A stretch of DNA of 64,000 bases from an uncultured Gammaproteobacteria bacterium (GCA_964413645.1 CAYPSA010000001.1:159129-223128); one strand, 5' to 3'; positions 9,784 to 18,138 are shown, numbered from the stretch's first letter. The notes: generated by a model not told the origin, from the letters alone. Made by a program: numbers and translations.

Positions 9784-10040
9784 TTTAAAGATATTTTTTT
9801 ATTCGTAACTATTTTATCAATTATTTCCTTACTTTTAAGCTTTTTCAGGCTGCTCTCAATCCTACGTGCTTCAATCAAAGTTTCAAACTGCTGACAAAAC
9901 ACCATTGTAAATGGTAATGTTGATTTCGTTGCTTTCACTTTTCCTCTATTGTGCTCATCTAATCTTCGGTCGATATCACTCGATGAGCCAATATAATATC
10001 TCTTATTCTTATCTGACTGTAAAATATAAACGAAACTCAT
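9774..10040 (-). CDS. small GIY-YIG nuclease family protein (UPF0213/YhbQ-like, 88 aa)
   Basis: MSFVYILQSDKNKRYYIGSSSDIDRRLDEHNRGKV is a canonical GIY-YIG core. The ORF is AT-rich between GC-rich tRNA-like flanks, and its last codons AAG-CGA-TTG-TAG overlap the 5' acceptor stem of tRNA-Asp. Confidence 0.8.
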   Translation of the reverse strand: MSFVYILQSDKNKRYYIGSSSDIDRRLDEHNRGKVKATKSTLPFTMVFCQQFETLIEARRIESSLKKLKSKEIIDKIVTNKKISLKRL

Positions 10041-10097
10041 AACCGGCGACCTGTCCGACAACTGTCGGACCGCTCTAACCAACTGAGCTACAATCGC
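10041..10097 (-). repeat. partial pseudo-tRNA(Asp-like) copy: 5' acceptor, D-arm and pseudo anticodon hairpin, truncated at the T-stem where the GIY-YIG ORF starts
   Basis: GCGATTGTAGCTCAGTTGGTTAGAGCGGTCCGACAGTTGTCGGACAGGTCGCCGGTT is followed directly by the GIY-YIG ATG. Confidence 0.8.
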
Positions 10098-10139
10098 TTT
10101 GTTAAATTATACCATTTTTTATTCCAGTATAATAGAATA

Positions 10140-11906
10140 ATGCGTCCTTCCAACAAACAAATTGCTCACATTCTTCGATCGGTTGCTGCGGTATATGAAC
10201 TTAAAGGGGCGAATCGTTTTCGAATTATTGCGTACAATAATGCCGCGGATACGATTGATAATTTAAATAGGGAACTAGTTGATATTTGGGAGAACAAAGA
10301 ACTCTCAAAAATCGCAGGAATTGGATCGTCCATGACTGAGCGGCTTGCTGAGTATTTTGAAAAGGGAGATGATTCATATTTAATAAAAACGATTCAGGAG
10401 GTTCCGGCTCCTATTTTTGATTTAATGCGTGTACCAGGAATTGGGGTAAAAAAAGCGTTCAAGCTTGTATCAAATCTGCACTTAGAACAGTCTAAAGATA
10501 TATTTAGCGACATTATTGACCAAGCAAAAGCCGGAAATATTGCTCCACTTGATTCATTTGGTGAAAAATCGCAAGTAGAAATTATTGCAGCGGTTGAATT
10601 GTATGAAAAATCAAAGGGAAATGCAGATCGTATGCCATTACCTATTGCTCATGAACTGGCAATGGAGGTAATTGCGTACGTAAAAAAACATCCTCATGTT
10701 GGTGAAGTTGAAGCGCTCGGGTCACTGCGCCGATGGATGAGTACGATAGGAGATATTGATTTGGTTGCAATAGTGCCTACGGAGCATTTTGCATCGGTTA
10801 TCGAGCATTTTGTTAAATTTCCAGGAGCTGCCAAAATTGAAGCACAAGGAGAAAATAAGGCATCAATAATTTTGGCAAATGGTCGACGGATTGATCTGCG
10901 CGTCGTAGAGAGTGGGGTCTACGGGTCGATGATCCAGTATTTTACTGGTAGCAAAGCGCATAATATTAAGCTTCGAGAATTAGCGCTCAAAAAGGGATAC
11001 TCAATCTCCGAATACGGTATTGGCGATAAGAGCGAGAAAGGAACAATCGGACGGTCAAAAACATTTGCATCCGAAAAGGATTTTTATGAATATTTAGGTG
11101 TAGATTGGATTCCGCCTGAACTACGTGAAGGAACGAGTGAGGTTGATATTGCGGTTAAACACGAGATTCCGGAGCTCGTAAAAGTTTCCGATGTAAAAGG
11201 AGATTTTCATATACATTCTAATTACGATTTAAACACTTCTCACGATCTTGGCCACGAAAGCGTTGTCGACATAGCTCAAAAAGCTCAATCACTCGGTTAT
11301 GAATATATTGCAATTTCCGATCACAATCCTGCTCAAAATGTCCCTAAGGAGAAAGTAATTGAAATAATGAAAAAAAGATTCGAACATATGAAATCGCAAA
11401 AAACTGTAATTCCATGTTTTGTTTCGCTTGAAATAGATATTACTCCTAGCGGAGATCTTGCACTGCCCGAAGAAGCATTTAACTATTTAGATATGGCAGT
11501 CGTTTCATTGCACAGTTCATTTCGACAAAGTCGTACCGACATGACAAAACGAGTTTTAAAAGCGCTTTCACACGAAAAAGTAAAAATCTTTGGGCATCCA
11601 ACCGGTCGACAATTGGGTAAGCGACCTGAAGTAGATGTTGATTGGACGACTGTTTTTAAGTTTTGTAAAGAAAAAAATATAGCACTTGAAATTAATAGTT
11701 GGCCTGAACGGTTAGATCTTCCTGACATGCTCGTCCGTGAAGCAAAGGAGATCGGATGTAAATTCACCATCGATACCGATGCCCATGCTATCTCACAAAT
11801 GGATAACATGTTTTATGGCGTTTCCGTTGCACGTCGCGGGTGGCTTGACAAGAATGATATAATGAACTGTAAGGGGTATAAAGAAGTAGTTAAATGGATT
11901 GGCTAG
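10140..11906 (+). CDS. polX: DNA polymerase X family protein with C-terminal PHP phosphoesterase domain
   Basis: N-terminal HhH/pol-beta-like region followed by PHP motifs (HIHSNYD, DHN). TATAAT at 10128-10133 lies 6 nt before the ATG, so the mRNA is probably leaderless. Confidence 0.8.
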   Translation: MRPSNKQIAHILRSVAAVYELKGANRFRIIAYNNAADTIDNLNRELVDIWENKELSKIAGIGSSMTERLAEYFEKGDDSYLIKTIQEVPAPIFDLMRVPGIGVKKAFKLVSNLHLEQSKDIFSDIIDQAKAGNIAPLDSFGEKSQVEIIAAVELYEKSKGNADRMPLPIAHELAMEVIAYVKKHPHVGEVEALGSLRRWMSTIGDIDLVAIVPTEHFASVIEHFVKFPGAAKIEAQGENKASIILANGRRIDLRVVESGVYGSMIQYFTGSKAHNIKLRELALKKGYSISEYGIGDKSEKGTIGRSKTFASEKDFYEYLGVDWIPPELREGTSEVDIAVKHEIPELVKVSDVKGDFHIHSNYDLNTSHDLGHESVVDIAQKAQSLGYEYIAISDHNPAQNVPKEKVIEIMKKRFEHMKSQKTVIPCFVSLEIDITPSGDLALPEEAFNYLDMAVVSLHSSFRQSRTDMTKRVLKALSHEKVKIFGHPTGRQLGKRPEVDVDWTTVFKFCKEKNIALEINSWPERLDLPDMLVREAKEIGCKFTIDTDAHAISQMDNMFYGVSVARRGWLDKNDIMNCKGYKEVVKWIG

Positions 11907-11980
11907 TTGTCTTTTCGAAGGAGTGAAATGACTGAGAAATCTCTGAAGATGCGAAAACATTATAAATTGCAAATATAAAT

Positions 11981-12535
11981 ATGAATATAACCATGATACT
12001 GATTGTCGTATTAGTTTTGTTTGTTGGGTATGTTTTTGCAACATACAACAGTCTCGTTACACTTAGAAATCGCATTAAAGAAGCATTTTCTCAAATTGAT
12101 GTGCAGCTTAAACGACGGGTGGATTTAATTCCGAATTTAATTGAAACCGTTAAAGGCTATGCAAAACATGAGAAAACTGTTTTTGAAAATGTAACCAAAG
12201 CACGCTCTGCTTTAATGGGAGCAACAACTAAGCAAGCAAAGTCAGATGCAGATAATATGCTCACCGACGCTCTTAAGAGCTTATTTGCTGTTGCAGAAGC
12301 GTATCCAGATCTTAAGGCTTCAGAAAATTTTTCTCAATTGCAACGTCAGCTTGAAGACACAGAAGATAAAATTGCTTATTCACGACAGTTTTATAACAGC
12401 AATGTGCTAGATTACAACAATAAAATTCAAACGGTTCCAAGCAGTGTAATTGCTAATATGTTTAACTTTAAAGAAGAAGCTTTCTTTGAAGCAACCGAAG
12501 CCGAGAAAAAAAATGTTAACGTAAAATTTGATTAA
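11981..12535 (+). CDS. lemA: LemA family protein
   Basis: N-terminal TM helix followed by the conserved LemA region [43 protein letters not shown]. Confidence 0.85.
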   Translation: MNITMILIVVLVLFVGYVFATYNSLVTLRNRIKEAFSQIDVQLKRRVDLIPNLIETVKGYAKHEKTVFENVTKARSALMGATTKQAKSDADNMLTDALKSLFAVAEAYPDLKASENFSQLQRQLEDTEDKIAYSRQFYNSNVLDYNNKIQTVPSSVIANMFNFKEEAFFEATEAEKKNVNVKFD

Positions 12536-12549
12536 CGAAGTAAATTCTT

Positions 12550-13449
12550 ATGACGACACATAACCAAGTTGCCGGTAATAAAGCAAAAACATATGTAATT
12601 ATGTTTTTCTTTGTGGCGTTTGTGTCATTTTTCTTTTACTTAATCGGTAAAAATTTAGGTGACTCGTCATTTTATTTAGCTTTTGGACTTATTTTCTCTC
12701 TTATATCTTCAGTGGGAAGTTACTTTTACTCAGATAAGCTTGTATTGGCAATGAGTGGAGCAAAACCCGCCGACAAAAAAACATATTTTGATTTGTATAC
12801 CGTTACCGAGAATATGGCAATTGCAGCCGGCGTTCCCATGCCGCGGGTATATGTTATTGAAGACAGCGCAATGAACGCTTTTGCAACTGGTCGCGATCCG
12901 CAGCATGCAGTCGTTGTTGCTACAACGGGGATTCTCAGCAAATTAAATCGTGCCGAACTTGAAGGTGTTATTGCTCATGAGCTATCACACATAAAAAATT
13001 ACGATATTCGATTAATGGCTGTAGTTGCAGTACTTGTTGGAACCGTTGTTTTTGTTGCTGATTGGATAACTCGAAGTTTCATGTGGGGTGGCATGCGAGA
13101 TTCGGATGACGATTCTGCAAGCGGTAAAGCAAGTTTTATTTTGTTTATAATCTTCCTTTTCGTTACTCCAATTATTGCAACACTTATTCAATTGGCAGTT
13201 TCTCGTCGTCGCGAGTATTTAGCTGATGCTTCAGGAGCACTTCTTAATCGTAATCCCGATGCACTTGCCGATGCACTTTTAAAGATTTCAGGAGATAGCA
13301 AAATCCTAGCAAAAGCATCCAACGCAACCGCACATTTATTTATTGAAAATCCATTTAAAAAAGATTCAAAAAAGACCAATTTTGTAGCCGGCTTATTTAG
13401 TACACATCCACCGGTCGACGAACGAATCAGGCTTTTGAGAGAGATGTAG
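12550..13449 (+). CDS. htpX: HtpX-like M48 zinc metalloprotease
   Basis: HELSHIKNYD is an HExxH motif, and four TM helices are predicted. LemA-HtpX pairs are common in other bacteria. Confidence 0.85.
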   Translation: MTTHNQVAGNKAKTYVIMFFFVAFVSFFFYLIGKNLGDSSFYLAFGLIFSLISSVGSYFYSDKLVLAMSGAKPADKKTYFDLYTVTENMAIAAGVPMPRVYVIEDSAMNAFATGRDPQHAVVVATTGILSKLNRAELEGVIAHELSHIKNYDIRLMAVVAVLVGTVVFVADWITRSFMWGGMRDSDDDSASGKASFILFIIFLFVTPIIATLIQLAVSRRREYLADASGALLNRNPDALADALLKISGDSKILAKASNATAHLFIENPFKKDSKKTNFVAGLFSTHPPVDERIRLLREM

Positions 13450-13456
13450 ACTTTTA

Positions 13457-13527
13457 GTCATTCTGAGTGACGCTACTGTCATTCTGAGCCAGAGGCGACC
13501 TGCCTGCCGGCAGGCAGGAGAATGACA
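13457..13527 (+). repeat. MITE-like palindromic repeat (GTCATTCTGAG family), two tandem 5' half-copies plus a GC palindrome
   Basis: gtcattctgag at 13457 and 13478, the perfect palindrome cctgcctgccggcaggcagg at 13499-13518, and a terminal gagaATGACag that supplies the nth start codon. Confidence 0.8.
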
Positions 13528-14202
13528 GCTAATTTTATGATTAAAAACGAAACCCCCGAAGACATTCTAGATCGCAAAGAACGTGCAAAAATTGTAAATC
13601 AACAACTCACCAAGCTTTTTCCTGAACCAAAAGTAGAACTAAATTATTCAAATGTGTGGGAGCTTTTGGTAGCAGTTATTTTGTCTGCCCAGTGCACCGA
13701 TAAACGAGTCAATATTGTTACAGAAAAATTATTCAAAAAGTATCCAACAATTACCGACTACTGTAATGTTTCATCTGAAGAATTTGAAAAAGATGTCGCA
13801 TCTATTAATTTCTTTCGTAACAAAACTAAAAATATTCTTGCGGCTGCAAAATTAATTCATAATAGTTTTGGAGGAGTAGTACCCAAAACTATGGCAGAGC
13901 TCATGTCTGTTCCAGGAGTAGCTCGTAAAACTGCAAATGTAATATTGAACGACGGATATGATATACAGGAAGGCATAATTGTAGATACTCACGTAATACG
14001 ATTGTCTAATAAATTTAAACTTACCGACGAAAAAGATCCAGTAAAAATCGAACGTGATCTTATGGAAATAGTTCCGAAGAAAGAGTGGAAATATTTTTCA
14101 CATCGTTTAGTGCATTATGGACGACGAATTTCAAAAGCACGTCATACGCTCAGCAATGATGATCCAGTGAGTGTGGCTCTTGCAGCCGCGCATTTAGCCT
14201 AG
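13522..14202 (+). CDS. nth: endonuclease III family DNA glycosylase (HhH-GPD) lacking the C-terminal [4Fe-4S] cysteine cluster
   Basis: LVAVILSAQCTDKRVN and VPGVARKTANVIL carry the catalytic Lys, and VDTHVIR carries the catalytic Asp. There are no Cys residues in the C-terminal 60 aa. Confidence 0.8.
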   Translation: MTANFMIKNETPEDILDRKERAKIVNQQLTKLFPEPKVELNYSNVWELLVAVILSAQCTDKRVNIVTEKLFKKYPTITDYCNVSSEEFEKDVASINFFRNKTKNILAAAKLIHNSFGGVVPKTMAELMSVPGVARKTANVILNDGYDIQEGIIVDTHVIRLSNKFKLTDEKDPVKIERDLMEIVPKKEWKYFSHRLVHYGRRISKARHTLSNDDPVSVALAAAHLA

Positions 14203-14234
14203 ATTTTCATTCTAACGTGCAGTACAATAGCTGC

Positions 14235-14528
14235 ATGAATATAGACGTTAAAAGGATTGCGAAATTGGCTCGTTTAACGATTCCCGACGAACAGATTCCG
14301 ACATTGGAAAAAGAGATTTCTTCAATTATTACCTACATCGATACACTTCAAGAATTAGATACTTCTGAAGTTGTTCCAACAAACCAGGTAACTGGACTTA
14401 CCCACGTAGTACGCCAAGATACCGTTGAATATAACACAATTTTAGCCCCGGAATTAGCGCTTTCAAATGCGCCCCAAGTAAAAGATAATTATTTTGTTGT
14501 TAAAGCAGTTTTTGAAAATAATGAATAA
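14235..14528 (+). CDS. gatC: Asp-tRNA(Asn)/Glu-tRNA(Gln) amidotransferase subunit C
   Basis: MNIDVKRIAKLARLTIPDEQ... is typical of GatC. The ATG at 14235 is preferred to the upstream GTG. Confidence 0.85.
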   Translation: MNIDVKRIAKLARLTIPDEQIPTLEKEISSIITYIDTLQELDTSEVVPTNQVTGLTHVVRQDTVEYNTILAPELALSNAPQVKDNYFVVKAVFENNE

Positions 14529-15951
14529 TATAAGCGATCTTACCATTGAAAAAGCTCAAGAGCTCCTTAGAAATAAAGAGCTTTCTGCTTCGGATCTTGT
14601 TGGCGCATGTATGGATAATATCATCAAGCATAATCCCACATTGAATGCTGTACTTACTGTCAATGGCACCGCGCTTGCCGATGCAAAAGAAGCAGATGCT
14701 CTTATTGCGCAAGACCCAAATATTTTTCAAGAGAAGCCACTTTTGGGTATTCCATTGCTCCATAAAGATGTTTATTCGACTAAAAATCTACGAACTACCG
14801 CAGCTTCAAAAGTTTTGGAAGAATATATTCCTCCGTATGATGCCACCGTCGTAAAGAAATTGCAAGAAGCTGGCGCTATAACGTTGGGAAAGACAAATCT
14901 AGACGCATGGGCGCACGGATCATCCGGTGAAAATTCAGATTTTGGTGCTACAAAAAATCCATATGACTTAGAAAGAACTCCAGGGGGATCAAGTAGCGGG
15001 TCTGCTGCCGCACTAGTGGCAGGTATGAGTTTGGTTACAACTGGCACAGACACGGGAGGATCAATTCGACTGCCAGCAGCTTTTTGCAACATCGTGGGTC
15101 TGAAACCAACATACGGTCGAGTGTCGCGATATGGAATTATAGCAATGGGATCTTCATTTGATTCCATTGGTCATTTTACACGAACAGTAACTGATAGTGC
15201 CAAAATTCTTTCTGTAACTGCTGGTTTAGACCGTCACGACGGTACAACAGTTCCACATACTCCCCCCCAGTATCATGAGAATTTGTCAGCGACCTCACTC
15301 AAAGGAAAAAAAATTGGAATCGTTAAAGAATTTGATCAAACAGGTTCCGATAAAGAAGTATCAGACGTGACAAAAAAAGCAATTCAAAAAATACAATCAC
15401 TTGGAGCAGAAATTGTAGAAATATCACTTCCACATGCAAAGTATGCTATTGCAACCTATTATATTCTTATACCTGCGGAAGTAAGCTCTAACTTGGGTCG
15501 TATGACAGGAACACGCTTTGGTAAGGGGTTTGAGGCTTTCGGCGATGAAGCAAAACGACGTATTATTATTGGCACCTACACATTATCGGCAGGGTATTAT
15601 GATGCGTATTATAATAAAGCGCTCAAAGTTCGCACGCTTATTAAAAATGATTTTGACAAAGCATTTGAAAAAGTTGACGCACTTGTATGCCCGGTTTCTC
15701 CAACCGTTCCATTTAAACTTGGCGAAAAAGCCAAAGATCCATTAGCGATGTATTTATGTGATGTGTTTATAGCTCCCATGAGCTTGGCCGGCGTTCCATC
15801 ACTATCAGTTCCAGCCGGATCAGTCAATGGTTTGCCGGTGGGAATTCAATTTGTGACAAAACATTTCGATGAAGAAAGTCTTTATAAGATTGCCTTTGCC
15901 TACGAGCAGGCGAGAGGAGATATTGAAGGATTAAATAAAGTGTCATCCTGA
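14521..15951 (+). CDS. gatA: Glu-tRNA(Gln) amidotransferase subunit A (amidase)
   Basis: Amidase signature GGSSSGSAAALVAG. The start MNNISDL overlaps the gatC stop by 8 nt. The stop TGA lies inside a GTCATCCTGA repeat. Confidence 0.9.
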   Translation: MNNISDLTIEKAQELLRNKELSASDLVGACMDNIIKHNPTLNAVLTVNGTALADAKEADALIAQDPNIFQEKPLLGIPLLHKDVYSTKNLRTTAASKVLEEYIPPYDATVVKKLQEAGAITLGKTNLDAWAHGSSGENSDFGATKNPYDLERTPGGSSSGSAAALVAGMSLVTTGTDTGGSIRLPAAFCNIVGLKPTYGRVSRYGIIAMGSSFDSIGHFTRTVTDSAKILSVTAGLDRHDGTTVPHTPPQYHENLSATSLKGKKIGIVKEFDQTGSDKEVSDVTKKAIQKIQSLGAEIVEISLPHAKYAIATYYILIPAEVSSNLGRMTGTRFGKGFEAFGDEAKRRIIIGTYTLSAGYYDAYYNKALKVRTLIKNDFDKAFEKVDALVCPVSPTVPFKLGEKAKDPLAMYLCDVFIAPMSLAGVPSLSVPAGSVNGLPVGIQFVTKHFDEESLYKIAFAYEQARGDIEGLNKVSS

Positions 15952-15992
15952 ACGATCAGTCTGTCATCCTGAGGCAGAGCCGAAGGAGCTCA
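15942..15992 (+). repeat. MITE-like repeat, GTCATCCTGA half-copy pair plus hairpin
   Basis: gtcatcctga at 15942 and gtcatcctgag at 15963, followed by gcagagccgaaggagctcag. Confidence 0.75.
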
Positions 15993-16008
15993 GTAAAATA
16001 CTAATATT

Positions 16009-17358
16009 ATGAATAATTACAAACCAACAATCGGACTTGAAATTCATGTAGAGCTTTCAACTAAAAGTAAAATGTTTTGTAGTTGTCCTGCTGACTGGTT
16101 TGGAAAAAAACCAAATACTCATACGTGTCCAGTTTGTTTAGGATTACCAGGAGCTCTTCCTGTTGCCAACGAAAAAGCAATTGAATGGACAATAAAAATT
16201 GCTCAGGCACTTAACTGCACCATTCCATCAATCTCAAAGTTCGATCGAAAGCATTATATTTACCCCGATCTTCCAAAAAGCTTTCAGCTTAGTCAATATG
16301 ACGAACCTATTGGACAAAAGGGAAGCCTAAGTGTGCATTTTGATTCAATTGATAGTATCAAAAGCTTTGGAATAACCCGCGTACATTTAGAAGAAGATGC
16401 CGGAAAACTTATTCATAATGGTACTGAGTCTTGGGTTGATTACAATCGATCTGGAGTTCCGTTAGTAGAAATAGTAACTGAACCAGATTTCCATTATTCT
16501 TCAGAAGTAAAAAAATTTCTTGAAGAATTACATAACCTTATTAGGGCATTAGAAGTTTCGGATGCGAATATGGAAGAAGGTTCTATGCGACTTGAGCCGA
16601 ATATATCCGTTGGCTTGTCATCTTCGACCTCGCTGCCTCCATATAAAGTTGAGGTAAAAAATATCAATTCATTCAAGTTTGCTAAAAATGCAATTGATTA
16701 CGAAGTAAAACGACATATAGAAATTCTTGAAAAAGGAGAAATTCCGGTGCAAGAAACTCGAGGATATGTAGAAAAGAATGCATCTACTATTTCCCAACGT
16801 ATTAAGGAAGAAGCACAAGATTACCGATATTTTCCAGAACCCGATATTCCACCACTGATGTTCTCAAATGAGTATGTCGAGAGTATTAAGCGTACAATTC
16901 CCGAATTACCCTCCGCACGACTTGTTCGATATGTAAAAAATGAGGGAGTCTCGTTTAACGATGCTTATATCATTACGCGCAGTGTAGAACTTACAGAGTA
17001 TTTTGAAAAACTCATCGTCATTCTGAGATCCTTGCCTGCCGGCATGCAGGAAGCGAAGAATCCGAGTGTTACATCATCTAGACTCGCTTCTATGCTCGTA
17101 AACAAACGCATTTCGATGGCCGATTCTCCTAAGGACTCAATCAAAAAAGCAGTCGACTCATCTTCTCCAATCCAGACAGACGAATCAGCGCTCTCAGAAG
17201 CAATTAAAAAAGTAATTTCCGAGCAACCCAAAGCCGTAGCAGAGTACAAATCAGGCAAGGAAACAGTCCTTATGTTCCTAGTTGGAATGGTTATGCGTGA
17301 AATGAAAGGTCAGGCAGATGCGAATACGGTGAAAGAAAGCCTGATTAAATCTCTCTAG
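16009..17358 (+). CDS. gatB: Asp-tRNA(Asn)/Glu-tRNA(Gln) amidotransferase subunit B
   Basis: MNNYKPTIGLEIHVELSTKSKMFCSCPA at the N-terminus and a GatB/YqeY-like C-terminus. Confidence 0.9.
   Translation: MNNYKPTIGLEIHVELSTKSKMFCSCPADWFGKKPNTHTCPVCLGLPGALPVANEKAIEWTIKIAQALNCTIPSISKFDRKHYIYPDLPKSFQLSQYDEPIGQKGSLSVHFDSIDSIKSFGITRVHLEEDAGKLIHNGTESWVDYNRSGVPLVEIVTEPDFHYSSEVKKFLEELHNLIRALEVSDANMEEGSMRLEPNISVGLSSSTSLPPYKVEVKNINSFKFAKNAIDYEVKRHIEILEKGEIPVQETRGYVEKNASTISQRIKEEAQDYRYFPEPDIPPLMFSNEYVESIKRTIPELPSARLVRYVKNEGVSFNDAYIITRSVELTEYFEKLIVILRSLPAGMQEAKNPSVTSSRLASMLVNKRISMADSPKDSIKKAVDSSSPIQTDESALSEAIKKVISEQPKAVAEYKSGKETVLMFLVGMVMREMKGQADANTVKESLIKSL
17017..17075 (+). repeat. MITE-like repeat copy embedded in-frame inside gatB
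   Basis: gtcattctgagatccttgcctgccggcatgcaggaagcgaagaatccgagtgttaca begins on codon 337 and reads VILRSLPAGMQEAKNPSVT. Confidence 0.7.
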
Positions 17359-18079
17359 CCCCAAATTCTCGGGGAATCATGCGAACATATAGCCCATTGT
17401 TCCAGTTTGTAAATTCGGATAAAGCGCCGTACTCACCCTCAAATCTGTCTGTATTGATAGTATGAAGCGGCATATCCTCTCCTTTGTCGTAAGGTGTTAT
17501 TTCGTGTAATCCACTTGATCGATTGACCGCCTCCTTTAAAGGATAGAGCAGCGTAAGGTAGCTGTCAGAAACAGCGTCAATACGAAACCCTGCTTTTAAT
17601 TTAGCTTGAATAGAAGCGGGCTTGCTTAATTTTACTCGAGTTACTACGAGGGGTAGATTACTTTGTGAAGCCCACCCAACGCGTGCTTGAGTAATTTGAG
17701 TATTTAGCCCGTGTCCACGGTATTCAGCTTGAGTAAATGCATCAGTTATAAATGCATAGCGAGATTTCGCTGATAAATGATAATAAGGATAATGACAGCT
17801 TTGAGCACGAACACTACCAGCAGCAATTATTTGATTTTGATCGAATACTGCAAAAACTGCAGGATCTAAATAACTATCTCCAGTTCCAACAAGCCCGTTT
17901 GTGTCTAAAATATTTTCGTAATACTTAAATTTTCTAGATTTGTGATCATCTGAAAGAGGATGCCCATCATGAGCATTTTTCCAGATTTCCCAGTCTACCA
18001 GTTCATTAACGGTCTGTAGTCTTCTGGCTGGACCCACTCTCAATACGTCCTTGGGTGGCTCTAAAAGTATTTCTTTCAT
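17345..18079 (-). CDS. hypothetical protein, possibly GNAT-fold acyltransferase-like
   Basis: AFITDAFTQAEYRGHGLNTQI weakly resembles GNAT motif A; no other recognisable domain. Confidence 0.3.
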   Translation of the reverse strand: MKEILLEPPKDVLRVGPARRLQTVNELVDWEIWKNAHDGHPLSDDHKSRKFKYYENILDTNGLVGTGDSYLDPAVFAVFDQNQIIAAGSVRAQSCHYPYYHLSAKSRYAFITDAFTQAEYRGHGLNTQITQARVGWASQSNLPLVVTRVKLSKPASIQAKLKAGFRIDAVSDSYLTLLYPLKEAVNRSSGLHEITPYDKGEDMPLHTINTDRFEGEYGALSEFTNWNNGLYVRMIPREFGAREI

Positions 18080-18103
18080 GTCCTATATATATCAAATCGC
18101 ACG

Positions 18104-18132
18104 TAGACACTCTCCCGCATCTTTTGTATACT
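18104..18132 (+). promoter_or_regulatory. promoter TAGACA-17-TATACT, with the dnaE ATG 7 nt downstream (leaderless)
   Basis: TAGACA at 18104-18109, TATACT at 18127-18132, ATG at 18139. Confidence 0.5.
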
Positions 18133-18138
18133 GTGCAC

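Noticed and set aside
9710-10097. GIY-YIG ORF as an intron-encoded homing endonuclease inside a group I intron in tRNA-Asp
   Set aside because: The intact tRNA-Asp is colinear and complete at 9710-9783. The roughly 270 bp between the partial upstream copy and the tRNA is entirely ORF, which leaves no room for a ribozyme core of about 200 nt or more.
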